Notes: generated by a model not told the origin, from the letters alone. DNA of 41,427 nucleotides from an uncultured Candidatus Saccharibacteria bacterium (GCA_964494655.1 CAZBRM010000004.1:1-41427); one strand, 5' to 3'. Positions 10,785-21,558 are shown, counted from the first letter of the stretch. Numbers and translations are program-made.

Positions 10785-11903
10785 CTATTTCATCTTTCTT
10801 CTAATAAAAGCGGGAATGTCCCATTCATTTTCAACCTCTTCAACTGAATCAGTTTTAAATTTAACAGGAGCTTTTTTATTTTCTCTATTATTTACATTAA
10901 TAGGAGAAATATCCTGTATTTTTGTTTCGCTTGATTTCTTCAATAAGTTTTCATCAAATCCAGTAGCAATAACAGTAATTTTAATTTCTCCTTTCTTTAA
11001 TTTATCATCCATAACAGCTCCAAAAATAACTTTCGCGTCTGAATCTATTGACTCAGTTATAACTTTAGCTGCTTCATTAATTTCACTCATAGCTAAATCA
11101 GAACCGCCGCTAACATTAAATAACACGCCCTTTGCTCCGTCAATAGAAATTTCCAAAAGAGGAGAGTTAATAGCTATTTTAGCAGCTTCAACAGCGCGAT
11201 CTTCTCCAGTCGCTTTTCCAATACCCATTAAAGCAGAACCGGTATTTTGCATAATCGCCTTAACATCAGCAAAATCAACATTAACTATCCCTGGAGTAAC
11301 TATTAAATCTGAAATTCCTTGAACTGCTTGTCTTGAAACATCATCAACTACGGAAAAAGCATTTAATAAAGATGTCTTTTTATCAATAACTGAAAGCAGT
11401 TTATCGTTAGGGATTAAAATTAAAGTATCAACATTGTCCCTGAGACTAGCTAATCCTTCTTCAGCAATTTGAGCTCTTTGCTTTCCTTCAAAAGCAAAAG
11501 GCTTAGTAACAACAGCAACTGTCAAAGCTCCTGAATCTCTCGCAGCTTCGGCAATAATTGGACCCGCTCCAGTACCTGTTCCACCTCCTAATCCATAAAC
11601 GATAAAAACCATATCAGAACCTTTAACTACTTCGTGAATTTCATCGCGATTCTCTTCAGCTGCTTGTCTGCCTATTTCTGGATTCATTCCAGCTCCTAAT
11701 CCTTTAGTAAGATTCTTCCCAATATGAACTCTTTCAGGCGCATTAACATGATGCAAATCTTGCGCATCAGTATTGATAGCGACAAAATCTACTCCATGAA
11801 TTTTACATGAAATCATCCTACTGATAGTATTACCTCCGCTTCCTCCAACTCCAATAACCTTAATTTTAGCAAATGATTCTACTTCTGGTTTTATTTGAGC
11901 CAT
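10785..11903 (-). CDS. ftsZ: cell division protein FtsZ
   Basis: GVGGSGGN and GLGGGTGTGAGP tubulin signatures. Confidence 0.95.
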   Translation of the reverse strand: MAQIKPEVESFAKIKVIGVGGSGGNTISRMISCKIHGVDFVAINTDAQDLHHVNAPERVHIGKNLTKGLGAGMNPEIGRQAAEENRDEIHEVVKGSDMVFIVYGLGGGTGTGAGPIIAEAARDSGALTVAVVTKPFAFEGKQRAQIAEEGLASLRDNVDTLILIPNDKLLSVIDKKTSLLNAFSVVDDVSRQAVQGISDLIVTPGIVNVDFADVKAIMQNTGSALMGIGKATGEDRAVEAAKIAINSPLLEISIDGAKGVLFNVSGGSDLAMSEINEAAKVITESIDSDAKVIFGAVMDDKLKKGEIKITVIATGFDENLLKKSSETKIQDISPINVNNRENKKAPVKFKTDSVEEVENEWDIPAFIRRKMK

Positions 11904-12001
11904 AATATTTAAAATATATTATTATTATAACTAATAATGAGGATCCTTAGACCCTCCTTATTATTTTAAAAACTAACACAAATAAAAAAATAATGCAACC
12001 C

Positions 12002-13234
12002 CTATGGTGAAAAATCCCTAAACCATTTTTTTATTCTCTCAACAGTTGGTTTAACAGATATTTCTGTCCAATTTTTGTCATTCCTGCGTTTATCTGCATT
12101 CCAAAGAATTAATCCAACCGCTGTTGTAAAAGCAGGATCATCAACCTCGTCAATAACACTTTCTATTTCTAAAGGAAAGCCAATCTGCGCAGGAAGCTTC
12201 AGCACACTCTTAGTTAGATCTACTAAACCAGGCATTTTAGCTCCGCCTCCTAAAAGAACAACTCCTGCAGGCAACAAACCTTGGCGATTAATAATTTTTA
12301 ACTCTTTATTAACTAATTCCAATGTTTCAACTAAACGAGCTTCAATTATTTTGACGACATCTGAGCGAAAAACAGTTCCAGATTCTTCTAATCCTAATTT
12401 AGATAAATCAATCATTTCTTTTTTACCAACTTCTGAAGAGATCGCTGAACCGTATTCTAATTTTACTTTTTCAGCTAAATCAATACTTCCTCTTAATCCA
12501 ATAGCAATATCATTTGTAATATGGGAAGAGCCAATCGGCAAAACACAGCTATAAATAATATTGCCTTCTTCAAAAACAGCCATATTGACTGTTCCTCCAC
12601 CTAAATCTAAAGCTAATACTCCTAATTCTTTTTGACGTTTATTTAAAGCTGATTGACTTGCTGCTAATGAAACTGCAACCATCCCATCTTTTTCTAAGCC
12701 AGCTTCAGAAATGCACTTAGTTAAATTTTTAATATAAGGAGTTATTCCCTCTACAACCAAAGCATCAATTTCTAATCTAACACCGTTCATGCCTACAGGA
12801 TCTTTTATATCATTTTGATTATCAACTGAAAAACTGCGAGGAATAGTGTGAAAAATTTCTCTATTTTGGGAAACAGGAATAGTTGAAGCAGCGCTAATGA
12901 CCCTATCAACATCTTCTTTAGAAATTTCACCATCAGCCCTTGAAACAGCAATAACACCTTTTGTTGGCTTAGAAATAATATGATTACCGCTTATACTAAA
13001 TACAACACGATCAATAGAAACACCGCTACTTCTTTCAGCTTCGTGAACAGATTTAGTAATGCTCTTAACCACATCATCAACATCGACTACTATCCCATGA
13101 CGCAAACCAAAAGAAGGAGCTTGGCCAATACCAATAATCTGCGGTTTAGCTTGGTTAGCTCTTATTTTAGCCACTATCGTCCTAACAAAACAGGTCCCTA
13201 TATCTAATCCAGTTATTATCTGTTCTTTTGACAT
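12002..13234 (-). CDS. ftsA: cell division protein FtsA
   Basis: Actin-like ATPase motifs LDIGTCFVR, DLGGGTVNMAVF and LLGGGAKMPGL, and it lies upstream of ftsZ. Confidence 0.9.
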   Translation of the reverse strand: MSKEQIITGLDIGTCFVRTIVAKIRANQAKPQIIGIGQAPSFGLRHGIVVDVDDVVKSITKSVHEAERSSGVSIDRVVFSISGNHIISKPTKGVIAVSRADGEISKEDVDRVISAASTIPVSQNREIFHTIPRSFSVDNQNDIKDPVGMNGVRLEIDALVVEGITPYIKNLTKCISEAGLEKDGMVAVSLAASQSALNKRQKELGVLALDLGGGTVNMAVFEEGNIIYSCVLPIGSSHITNDIAIGLRGSIDLAEKVKLEYGSAISSEVGKKEMIDLSKLGLEESGTVFRSDVVKIIEARLVETLELVNKELKIINRQGLLPAGVVLLGGGAKMPGLVDLTKSVLKLPAQIGFPLEIESVIDEVDDPAFTTAVGLILWNADKRRNDKNWTEISVKPTVERIKKWFRDFSP

Positions 13235-13695
13235 AATTTATTCAAAATTATATTTTCTATATCTTTCATATTCTCATGACTATGCCCTAACAAATGAAGC
13301 ATGCCATGAACTAATAGAATAGTTAGCTCTTTTTCTAAAGAATGATTTAATTGTCTTGCCTGTTTTTTTGCTTGCGGATAACAAAGAATAATTTCTCCCA
13401 ATCTTTTAACATTATCAGGCGGATCAATAAATTCAATGTCTTTGCTTTTTTTTAAACGAGGAAATGCTTTGGCTAAATAGGGAATTACAGCCTTATTTTC
13501 AAACGACAAAACATCTGTTACGCGATTTTTACCTCTATACATTTTATTCAGCTTTTTTATTCTTCCATCGCCAACTATTGCTAAACTAATCTCTGTTTTA
13601 TCTCTTATGCCAATTTCATTTAAAACTGTTTTTATTATTTTCTTGAAAAACTTTTCATCTATTTCATTTTGGGTAAAATTGCGAATTTCAAGCAT
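13216..13695 (-). CDS. ybeY: rRNA maturation endoribonuclease YbeY
   Basis: HGMLHLLGHSHE zinc motif. It overlaps the ftsA start by 19 nt. Confidence 0.85.
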   Translation of the reverse strand: MLEIRNFTQNEIDEKFFKKIIKTVLNEIGIRDKTEISLAIVGDGRIKKLNKMYRGKNRVTDVLSFENKAVIPYLAKAFPRLKKSKDIEFIDPPDNVKRLGEIILCYPQAKKQARQLNHSLEKELTILLVHGMLHLLGHSHENMKDIENIILNKLCQKNR

Positions 13696-13711
13696 TGTTT
13701 AAATTTAAATA

Positions 13712-14203
13712 TTATTTCTTCAACTCTTCCTGAACAATTTTATTGACCATATTCCCATCTGTCTTGCCTTTAAATTGAGGCATAATTGCGCCCATTAATT
13801 TGCCAGTTTCCTGCAAACTGCTAATTCCTAATTCTTCCATTTTTTCTTTAACTATTTTTCTAATTTCATCTTCACTTATCTGCTCCGGCATATAATCCAT
13901 AAGAATTTTCAGTTCTTTTTTTTCATTTCCAGCTAAATCCGGGCGACCGCCTTTTTCATATTGTTCAATAGAATCTTTTCGCTTTTTAACTTCACTTGAA
14001 ATTACTTCTATAACTTCTTCATCTGTTAATTTACTCAGCTCGTCTAATTTACTTTCTTCTTCACTTGTTTTACTTAATTTAGCTCTATTGTCTTTCTCTT
14101 TATTAAACACAGCAGAAGAAACCATCCGCAAAACAGAAAGCTTTAATTTGTCTTTTTCCTGCATAGCCCTTTTTAAGTCTTCTTTAATTTTATCCTTAAT
14201 CAT
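13712..14203 (-). CDS. GatB/YqeY domain protein
   Basis: IKEDLKRAMQEKDKLKLSVLRMV... is a typical YqeY N-terminus, and the size fits. Confidence 0.7.
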   Translation of the reverse strand: MIKDKIKEDLKRAMQEKDKLKLSVLRMVSSAVFNKEKDNRAKLSKTSEEESKLDELSKLTDEEVIEVISSEVKKRKDSIEQYEKGGRPDLAGNEKKELKILMDYMPEQISEDEIRKIVKEKMEELGISSLQETGKLMGAIMPQFKGKTDGNMVNKIVQEELKK

Positions 14204-14216
14204 ATTTTTATAATTT

Positions 14217-14462
14217 CTATCTTCTTCTTTTCCATTTTGGCTCTTCTTCTAAAAGACCCATTTTTCTTAATTTTTCCTTTTTTTTACCAATTTTTACCCG
14301 ATAGACAGCGCTGTTTCTGCGCTCTCTTCTAGTTTTTTCCTTTTCGTGAAATCTTTCTTTGCGCGCACGAACTAAAACACCGCTTTGTTGAATTCTTCTT
14401 GAAAAGCGCCTTAGCAACCCTCTAGTTGTTTCTCCTTGTTGTTTTTTGACTTCGATTGACAC
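14217..14462 (-). CDS. rpsU: 30S ribosomal protein S21
   Basis: LRRFSRRIQQSGVLVRARKERFHEK matches the S21 core. The tail is very basic. Confidence 0.8.
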   Translation of the reverse strand: MSIEVKKQQGETTRGLLRRFSRRIQQSGVLVRARKERFHEKEKTRRERRNSAVYRVKIGKKKEKLRKMGLLEEEPKWKRRR

Positions 14463-14476
14463 ATAATCACCTCCTT

Positions 14477-15049
14477 TTATTGAATCTTAATTTCTTTTTC
14501 TTTATCAATTAATTTAATTAATTCATCAATTAAATTTTTTGGATTTGAATTATAAACAATTTTTCCCGAGCCACGATAAGATGTTTCAACAATCTCTTTA
14601 ATTTTATCAGCCGTGCCTCCGCTACCAGTCAAAACACCTATTGGTTTATTATCTTCAAAAGCAATGCTAAATTCATTTAATGTGCCTATTCTTCCGCAAA
14701 TAATAACAACAGCATCTGAAGAGCGAGTTAGAATAAGATTTCTTCCAGAATAATTAAATCCAGTATAAACGATAACATCGTGAAAATCAGTAGGTAAGCG
14801 ATATGTTTTTACATGAGCTTTTTCCGAAGCTGCAGGTGAAAAACCTATAACAATACCCTTTTCTTCCTTAGCTCCAATTGCTGCCCAATAAGGAATGCCA
14901 ATAGTCGCTCCTGTAATAAGAACGCCATTGTGCTTAGCAATTTCTCTACCTACTTCTTTTGATAATTCCAAAGCATTTTCAGAACAATGCCCTGTTTCAG
15001 CCGCACCGGAAACGCAGATTTTATATTTCAAATAAGTTTTCTGTTTCAT
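14477..15049 (-). CDS. TIGR00725/LOG-like Rossmann-fold nucleotide-binding protein
   Basis: ICVSGAAETGHC...GVLITGATIGIPYWAAIGA...VIGFSP pattern. Confidence 0.5.
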   Translation of the reverse strand: MKQKTYLKYKICVSGAAETGHCSENALELSKEVGREIAKHNGVLITGATIGIPYWAAIGAKEEKGIVIGFSPAASEKAHVKTYRLPTDFHDVIVYTGFNYSGRNLILTRSSDAVVIICGRIGTLNEFSIAFEDNKPIGVLTGSGGTADKIKEIVETSYRGSGKIVYNSNPKNLIDELIKLIDKEKEIKIQ

Positions 15050-15087
15050 TTACTTTAATCTACTATTTTTTTTTACTTTTGTCAAAA

Positions 15088-16452
15088 TTATAATTCAACT
15101 ATTTCACCTATCTCAGGAACTTGCACAGATAATCCTAAATTATCCTTGATATATTGGGCTAGTATATTAGCAGGTTTTTTTTCTCCATGACAAACAAATG
15201 TTTTTTTAGGACGTTTTGAAGAATTGGGCCCTATCGTATTAGAAAGCCAATTTATTAAATCCTTTTGGTCAGCATGAGACGAATAACCATTAATGTGTTC
15301 TATCTTTGCCTTAATAGGAATAATCTTGTCTAAAATTTCAACTTTATCAGCTCCTTCTAAAATTTTCCTACCGAGCGTGCCTTTTGCTTGGTAAGTAACA
15401 ATCAGAAGAGTATTTTTAGGATCTGATAAATAACGCGCTTCATGATGTATAATTCTGCCGCCTTGAGACATACCTGCTCCAGCAATAATAATTTTAGGCG
15501 GAATAATATTATTAATTTCTTTTGATTCTTTTGTTGATAAAGTAAATTTTAGTCCTGGAAATTTAAATATATCATCGCCTGATTTAATAAGCAAATTGGT
15601 TTTTCTATTATAATATTCAGGATACTGTTTATAAATATCTGTTAATTTAATAGCTAAAGGACTATCAACAAAAATAGGGATTTGCGGAATTCTTTTATTT
15701 TCAATCAATTCATTAAAATGATAAAGTAATTGCTGTGTTCTCTCTAGCGCAAAACTTGGAATCATTAAAACTCCACCTCGCAATATTGTTTCTTCAACAA
15801 TATCTTCAACCATATCTTTGCATTCTTGGTTTTCTTCATGCAATCTATCACCGTAAGTTGATTCTATAATAATATAATCAGCATTTTTGATTACGGCAGG
15901 CTCTCGTAGAATAGACATTCTACTAGAACCTAAATCTCCTGAAAAAACTAGTTTTTTATTATTTACTGTTACTTCAATTGAAGCTGATCCTAAAACATGT
16001 CCAGCTTCTTTAAAACATACTAAAATTTCTTCGGTTATTTTTATTCCATCATCATAATCAGCTACTCTAAACATTTTTATTATATTTTTAACATATTCTT
16101 TTTCAACTAATGGTATAACTCCCGCTCTTTTTGCTTTTTCGCGCAATAATTTCTGACTGTCTTCAAGTATTAAACGGGCAAAATCTCTTGTTGGTTTTGT
16201 GCTTAAAATCTCGCCCCTAAAACCGTTTTCAATTAATTTAGGCAATCGTCCGATATGATCTAGGTGCGCGTGCGTAATTAAAACAAAATCAATTTCTTTA
16301 GGCGAGTAAGGAAACGGTTCTTCATTTTTCTTTTCTATTTTTCGCCCACCTTGAAAAAGTCCGCAATCAATTAAAATTTTAGACTTATTTGTCTCTAACA
16401 AATAATTAGCGCCAGTTATCATCCCAGCCCCTCCGTAAAAATGCAATTTCAT
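15088..16452 (-). CDS. MBL-fold beta-CASP RNA-metabolising hydrolase
   Basis: HAHLDHIGRLP metallo-beta-lactamase motif, and a beta-CASP-like C-terminal part (NGYSSHADQ). Confidence 0.75.
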   Translation of the reverse strand: MKLHFYGGAGMITGANYLLETNKSKILIDCGLFQGGRKIEKKNEEPFPYSPKEIDFVLITHAHLDHIGRLPKLIENGFRGEILSTKPTRDFARLILEDSQKLLREKAKRAGVIPLVEKEYVKNIIKMFRVADYDDGIKITEEILVCFKEAGHVLGSASIEVTVNNKKLVFSGDLGSSRMSILREPAVIKNADYIIIESTYGDRLHEENQECKDMVEDIVEETILRGGVLMIPSFALERTQQLLYHFNELIENKRIPQIPIFVDSPLAIKLTDIYKQYPEYYNRKTNLLIKSGDDIFKFPGLKFTLSTKESKEINNIIPPKIIIAGAGMSQGGRIIHHEARYLSDPKNTLLIVTYQAKGTLGRKILEGADKVEILDKIIPIKAKIEHINGYSSHADQKDLINWLSNTIGPNSSKRPKKTFVCHGEKKPANILAQYIKDNLGLSVQVPEIGEIVEL

Positions 16453-16476
16453 AATTTAATCTTACCAAAATCCTGC

Positions 16477-16504
16477 CAAAAAGAAAAGCCGCTCCCAGCG
16501 GCTT
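16477..16504 (-). terminator. hairpin downstream of the DUF458 gene
   Basis: Minus strand AAGCCGC-TGGGA-GCGGCTT followed by TTCTTTTT. Confidence 0.55.
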
Positions 16505-16534
16505 AACTAAAAAATATAATTATAAATTAATATA

Positions 16535-17044
16535 TTAAACATATTTATCTGCAACACTGGACGCGGCATAAGAATCTGGCTTGATTTTTGCCTGAAAGCC
16601 ATTACCGCGGACCATGCCGACTACTTCCTTGATCATTTCTCTGGTTGGACCATTCTGTCCAACATCAATATGAATTTGAAAATCATAATTAAGTTCATGA
16701 CCTGATTTTAGTAATATCTGCAATTGGGCAAGAATATCTTGGGCTGTTTTCAAAGAAAGAGTTACTTCTTCGTAAATTCTATCTCTTAATGTATTATAAT
16801 CCTTACCTCCATTAGTTTTTCTCCAAAAATAGCGTCCGCCCTTGCCAATGCGATAAACAATAATAGCCGTTACAAAATCAGCTTTTTTCCCGCCATTACC
16901 ATTAGAATCAGTTCCTACAATCAAACGGTACTTTGAATGAGAATCATCATTAATATAATCAGAAACTTCCTTAGCTACTTTTACCAGCTTCATTTTTCCC
17001 ATTGTCGGGCTTTGAAATATTTCTTTGTCTTTTTTTAATTTCAT
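16535..17044 (-). CDS. YkuK/DUF458 family (RNase H-like) protein
   Basis: YRLIVGTDSN...FVTAIIVYRIGKGGRYFW resembles B. subtilis YkuK. Confidence 0.65.
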   Translation of the reverse strand: MKLKKDKEIFQSPTMGKMKLVKVAKEVSDYINDDSHSKYRLIVGTDSNGNGGKKADFVTAIIVYRIGKGGRYFWRKTNGGKDYNTLRDRIYEEVTLSLKTAQDILAQLQILLKSGHELNYDFQIHIDVGQNGPTREMIKEVVGMVRGNGFQAKIKPDSYAASSVADKYV

Positions 17045-17050
17045 AATAAT

Positions 17051-18205
17051 CTATTTGAGAAAATAAATAATCTCGTAAATGATTCCAATGATAAAGAATA
17101 ATATCAGAAAATAAACAAAAAAGCTAGGAATAGATAAATTGTAAGCCGGCTCCAAATCGCCTTTTGTTTTTGCTTTTAGATAAATAAGAATAATGATAAT
17201 AACATCAATACCAAGCATAACTCCGCCGGTTAAAACAATCACTGTAATAAAATTATCAAATCCCACAATAAAAAGAATTAAAGGAGCAAAACAGGTAATA
17301 AGCCAGGCTAAATTTTTCTTCAATCTCAAATCATACCAAAGAATCTTTTTAAAAGTCAAACTAATAGTCAAAAAAGACGTGAAAACAGTTAATATGCCAA
17401 AAAGTAACGCCAGCGCAATAATTCCGTTTCCTAAAAAAATATTCAATCCAGTAATTGCATCATCAGAAGTATTTTGTCCTGTAATTCCTAAAATTAGAAA
17501 TATGAAAAAGAGATATGTTATGGCCGCAATTGAAATTGCCAATAAAATTAGTTTTTTTAGTTTTTTTGGATTCTTTGAGAGCATTTCTTTCACTTCTGGG
17601 ATTAAAGTAGTTCCTGAAAGAGAAAAAAGAATTGCGCCATAAGGCAAAAATAAGTATTTTATATCGAAATTAAGTAAATTTTCTACATCAATTATCCAAA
17701 AGCTTTTATAAAAAATAAATCCTAGAATAAAAAAGAATAAAATTAATAAAAAAGATTCTACCTTAGCAATGCTGCCAATCCCAAAATAGGTCAAAATAGC
17801 TCCTGCTAAAAAAAATATTAAAACATAAATAAAATCACTACCGCCAAAACATGATTGAAGGATAGATTCTAAAAATCTTCCTCCGATAATTAAATAAGCC
17901 AAAATAGCTCCTGTTAATCCTAAACTACTTGAAATAAAAGCAATTATTTTTGCGCGCTTACCTAAATATTTTTCGGCATAGCCAGGCAATCGATGAAGAC
18001 CTTTTGTTCTTAAAGCTATCTCTCCGTAAAAAAGACCTATTAAAGAAGTTACTATGCCCAATACGAGAAAATAAAAAAGCATTGTAAAAATGCCTACTTT
18101 AGCTGTAATATACGGTAAACTAAAAAGGCCCACTCCTATGATAGTGCCTGTTAAAATAGCTAATGCTTGAAAAAAGTCACTATTTTTTGACAATTTACTA
18201 CTCAT
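17051..18205 (-). CDS. amino acid permease-like polytopic membrane protein
   Basis: About 11 predicted TM helices, with a layout like the Trp/Tyr-permease family. Substrate is unknown. Confidence 0.5.
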   Translation of the reverse strand: MSSKLSKNSDFFQALAILTGTIIGVGLFSLPYITAKVGIFTMLFYFLVLGIVTSLIGLFYGEIALRTKGLHRLPGYAEKYLGKRAKIIAFISSSLGLTGAILAYLIIGGRFLESILQSCFGGSDFIYVLIFFLAGAILTYFGIGSIAKVESFLLILFFFILGFIFYKSFWIIDVENLLNFDIKYLFLPYGAILFSLSGTTLIPEVKEMLSKNPKKLKKLILLAISIAAITYLFFIFLILGITGQNTSDDAITGLNIFLGNGIIALALLFGILTVFTSFLTISLTFKKILWYDLRLKKNLAWLITCFAPLILFIVGFDNFITVIVLTGGVMLGIDVIIIILIYLKAKTKGDLEPAYNLSIPSFFVYFLILFFIIGIIYEIIYFLK

Positions 18206-18527
18206 TTATTTTGCCTCCACCCATCAAGTGCAAATGAATATGATCAATAATTTGTCCGCCATCGCGTCCAACATTGAAAGTTAAACGATATCCCTTTTCA
18301 GATATTCCATGTTTCAAAGCTAATTTTTTTGCTAAAAAAATCATATCACTTGTTAATTCTCTATCCGTCTCTTCTAATTCATTAATTGAATTAATATGTT
18401 TTTTAGGCACTATTAAAAGATGTATAGGCGCTTTTGGATTAATATCCTTAAGAACTATTATTTTTTCATCTTCATAAATGGTATCAGCATCTTGTTCATG
18501 ATTTGCTATTTTGCAAAATAAACACAT
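18198..18527 (-). CDS. HIT family (histidine triad) protein
   Basis: C-terminal HIHLHLMGG motif. Confidence 0.85.
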   Translation of the reverse strand: MCLFCKIANHEQDADTIYEDEKIIVLKDINPKAPIHLLIVPKKHINSINELEETDRELTSDMIFLAKKLALKHGISEKGYRLTFNVGRDGGQIIDHIHLHLMGGGKINE

Positions 18528-18535
18528 GATTTTAT

Positions 18536-19828
18536 TTATTTTTTGATTCTTTTTTTAATTTCTTTAATGATTTTATTTAAAGGAACAACCTCTTGGCTTC
18601 CTAAAATCATATCTCTAATAACAATTGATCCGTCAATAGCTTCTTTTTGACCTAGAATTAAAGCAAAACGAACATTCATTTTGTTAGCTATTTGTAATTG
18701 AGCTTTTATCGTATTCTTACTAAATGAACTAGCTGTTTTAAAGCCAGCTCGCTGCAATTCTTCAAATAATTTCAGTGATTTCTTTTTGCCTAAATCACCT
18801 AGTTGAACCAAAAAAATCAAAGGCGCGCTTTTTGATATAATTTTTATTTTTCTCTCTTTAATCAGGTTAACAATTCTATCTAATCCTATTGCAAAACCAA
18901 CTGCTGGAACATCTTTTTTTCCTAAAAGCTTAATTAATTTATCATAACGGCCTCCGCCGCATAAAGAAATCTGACGACCATTTTCCTCTTCGGGCCATAT
19001 TTCAAAAACTGTTTTTGTGTAATAATCCAATCCTCTAACCAAGCAAGAATTTAAGATATAAGGAATTTCAAGTTCGTCTAAATATTCTAAAACGCTTTTA
19101 AAATGATTGTTACAATTATCACATAAGCAATCAATAATTTGAGGAGCTTCTTTAGCTATATTGATACACTTAATGTTTTTACAATCCAATAATCTCAATG
19201 GATTTTGCTTGAGTCGCTTTTGACAATCAGAACAAATATCTTTCTTATTATTTCTATAATAATTCATCAGCTTTTTTTTGTAACCAGGACGGCAATCAGA
19301 ACAGCCAATACTATTTATTTGCGTAATCAACTTTTTAAGGCCCAGTTTTTTACAAATAAAGAAAAATAATTGTATTAATTGAGCATCAATGACAGGATCT
19401 TGTTCTCCAATAACTTCAAAATTAGCCTGATAGGATTGGCGATAACGCCCCTTTTGAGGCCTTTCATAGCGAAAGATAGGACCAATACTGTATAATTTTA
19501 CTGGATGTGGCAAACTTGAGAAGCCGTTTTCTAAATATGCTCTAACAATAGATGGAGTAAATTCTGGACGCAAAACAAGTTTATCTCTTCCTTTAGTTGT
19601 TAAATTATACATTTCTTTTTCAACAATATCAGTGTAGATACCTGTTCCTTTTACAAACAAATCTTTTTCTTCAAGAATCGGCGTATCTATTTTTTTAAAT
19701 TCAAAAGCTTTTGCTGAAAGACTTACAACTTGTTTAACTTTCTCCCAATATAATTGCTCTTCGGGTAAAATATCACGCATCCCCCTAGGCACCTGAAATT
19801 TGTTTTTTGATTTAGATTTATTAGACAT
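18536..19828 (-). CDS. hisS: histidine--tRNA ligase
   Basis: Class II motifs (LRPEFT, FRYERPQKGRYRQ, GGGRYD) and an anticodon-binding C-terminus. Confidence 0.9.
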   Translation of the reverse strand: MSNKSKSKNKFQVPRGMRDILPEEQLYWEKVKQVVSLSAKAFEFKKIDTPILEEKDLFVKGTGIYTDIVEKEMYNLTTKGRDKLVLRPEFTPSIVRAYLENGFSSLPHPVKLYSIGPIFRYERPQKGRYRQSYQANFEVIGEQDPVIDAQLIQLFFFICKKLGLKKLITQINSIGCSDCRPGYKKKLMNYYRNNKKDICSDCQKRLKQNPLRLLDCKNIKCINIAKEAPQIIDCLCDNCNNHFKSVLEYLDELEIPYILNSCLVRGLDYYTKTVFEIWPEEENGRQISLCGGGRYDKLIKLLGKKDVPAVGFAIGLDRIVNLIKERKIKIISKSAPLIFLVQLGDLGKKKSLKLFEELQRAGFKTASSFSKNTIKAQLQIANKMNVRFALILGQKEAIDGSIVIRDMILGSQEVVPLNKIIKEIKKRIKK

Positions 19829-19831
19829 ATA

Positions 19832-20368
19832 TTAAAAAATTTTAGCTGAATCGAAAGGCCAAGCTCGTAGCCAAACACGGCCAATAATATTATCCTTTGA
19901 CAAAGATCCCCACTGGCGCGAATCTGAACTAGCTGAACGATTATCGCCCAAAACAAAATACTCATCATCGCTTAACTTAACATTAATACTCCCCCTAGTA
20001 ATCCTGCCCTCAGGAAGATAATAAGATTCATTAAGAATTATACCTTGGGGAAATTCTGAGTTATAAATAAATATTGAATTATCTTTAATTTCAATTTTTT
20101 CTCCAGGCAAACCGATGACTCTTTTAATATAATACTGTGAAGGATCTAGAGGATACTTAAAAACAATAACATCTCCGCGATCTGGATCATTAAAACGATA
20201 ACTAATTTCATCAATAACCAAATACTGCCCATTATCAAAATTAGGTTCCATTGAAGCTCCTCTGACAAAAAACGGTTGGATTAAATAATATCTAATAGGA
20301 ATAATAATAGCTAAAGAAATAGAAACTATCTTTACAATCTCCCAAATAAAAATAAATATTTTCTTCAT
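19832..20368 (-). CDS. lepB: signal peptidase I
   Basis: GASMEPN, KRVIGLPGE and GDNRSASSDSR boxes. Confidence 0.9.
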   Translation of the reverse strand: MKKIFIFIWEIVKIVSISLAIIIPIRYYLIQPFFVRGASMEPNFDNGQYLVIDEISYRFNDPDRGDVIVFKYPLDPSQYYIKRVIGLPGEKIEIKDNSIFIYNSEFPQGIILNESYYLPEGRITRGSINVKLSDDEYFVLGDNRSASSDSRQWGSLSKDNIIGRVWLRAWPFDSAKIF

Positions 20369-20431
20369 AATGATAAATAAATCTTAACTCTTTTCTTTAA
20401 AAAAATCAAATGCTCTGTTATAATTAAAACA

Positions 20432-21532
20432 ATGGACAGTCATGAACAAATTAATCATTTTATAAAAAAGGGGCTATTCAACAATCAGCTTAAGGAACAA
20501 AAGAAAAGAAATAAAAGAAAGAAAAATATAAAAATAGCATCTTTGATTGTTTTTGTTTTTATTATCTTATCTATTTCTATTTTTATTTATCAATTAATCC
20601 CAGTTTCTCAAACAGAAACACCATTAACAAATAATAAAAAATTAGATAATCTTGCATCAATATTTTCTGGAAATAATGATAATAATCTAGTTAATAATAA
20701 AGATAAACAAGAAATAAATATTTTAGCTCTGGGCAGACCTGGACAAGGATATTCTGGTGGAGATTTAACCGATACTATAATTTTAATTAATTTAAATCCG
20801 ATTAATAATAAAGCTATATTAATTTCTTTACCCCGCGATTTATTGGTTAAAAATGAAGAATACGGATATTTAACAAAAATAAATTCTATTTATAATTCAA
20901 GCGGGATAGAAGCTTTGAAAGAAAAAGTAACTGAGATCACAGGATTACCAATTGATAAACATATTTTGATTGACTTGGTTGTAGTTAAAGAAATAATAAA
21001 TTCAATCGACGGTCTTAATGTATTTGTTCCGCAAGATATTAATGATCCTTTCTTTCCAGGCCCAAATCACTCATATGAATCATTTAATCTTAAATCTGGT
21101 TGGCGTTATTTAGACGGGACAACAGCTCTTAAATATATTAGAACAAGATATACTTCGCCTAATGGCGACTTCGATAGAATGGCACGACAGCAACAAATTA
21201 TTAATCTTCTTAAACAAAAAGTTCTTGCATTAAATCCTTTATGGGAATTTCCGACTTATTTAAAAATATTTAATACATTAAATAAACATATTGAAACTGA
21301 TTTAGGAATAATAGAAATAAAATCTTTATGGCAGACAACCAAGGATATAAAAATTGACAATATAGTAAATATAGTTATAGATAAGAAAGGAACTGAATTA
21401 TTAACGGGCGGACAAGTTTTATTTGGAGAACAAATGGCTTCTGTAGTTTATCCTAAAGCAGGCCAAGGAAATTATGAAGAAATAAAAGAATATATTAAAC
21501 AAAGAATAAATAATATAGAAGAACGTCCTTAA
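20432..21532 (+). CDS. LytR-CpsA-Psr (LCP) family protein
   Basis: N-terminal TM helix, then DTIILINLNP...ISLPRDL...ALKYIRTRY...GDFDRMARQQQII. Confidence 0.75.
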   Translation: MDSHEQINHFIKKGLFNNQLKEQKKRNKRKKNIKIASLIVFVFIILSISIFIYQLIPVSQTETPLTNNKKLDNLASIFSGNNDNNLVNNKDKQEINILALGRPGQGYSGGDLTDTIILINLNPINNKAILISLPRDLLVKNEEYGYLTKINSIYNSSGIEALKEKVTEITGLPIDKHILIDLVVVKEIINSIDGLNVFVPQDINDPFFPGPNHSYESFNLKSGWRYLDGTTALKYIRTRYTSPNGDFDRMARQQQIINLLKQKVLALNPLWEFPTYLKIFNTLNKHIETDLGIIEIKSLWQTTKDIKIDNIVNIVIDKKGTELLTGGQVLFGEQMASVVYPKAGQGNYEEIKEYIKQRINNIEERP

Positions 21533-21549
21533 AATGAAGGACGTTCTTC
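21518..21549 (+). terminator. perfect 13-bp hairpin overlapping the LCP stop codon
   Basis: GAAGAACGTCCTT-AAAATG-AAGGACGTTCTTC followed by GGATCTTTTA, 10 nt before the pth start. Confidence 0.45.
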
Positions 21550-21558
21550 GGATCTTTT

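Noticed and set aside
10723-13207. Plus-strand ORFs 10723-11322, 12075-12554 and 12980-13207
   Set aside because: They are antisense to ftsZ and ftsA. Their Ser/Thr/Ile-rich products are typical of reverse-frame artefacts.
17193-19968. ORFs 17193-17642(+), 18274-18477(+) and 19723-19968(-)
   Set aside because: They are antisense or off-frame to the permease, HIT, hisS and lepB genes.
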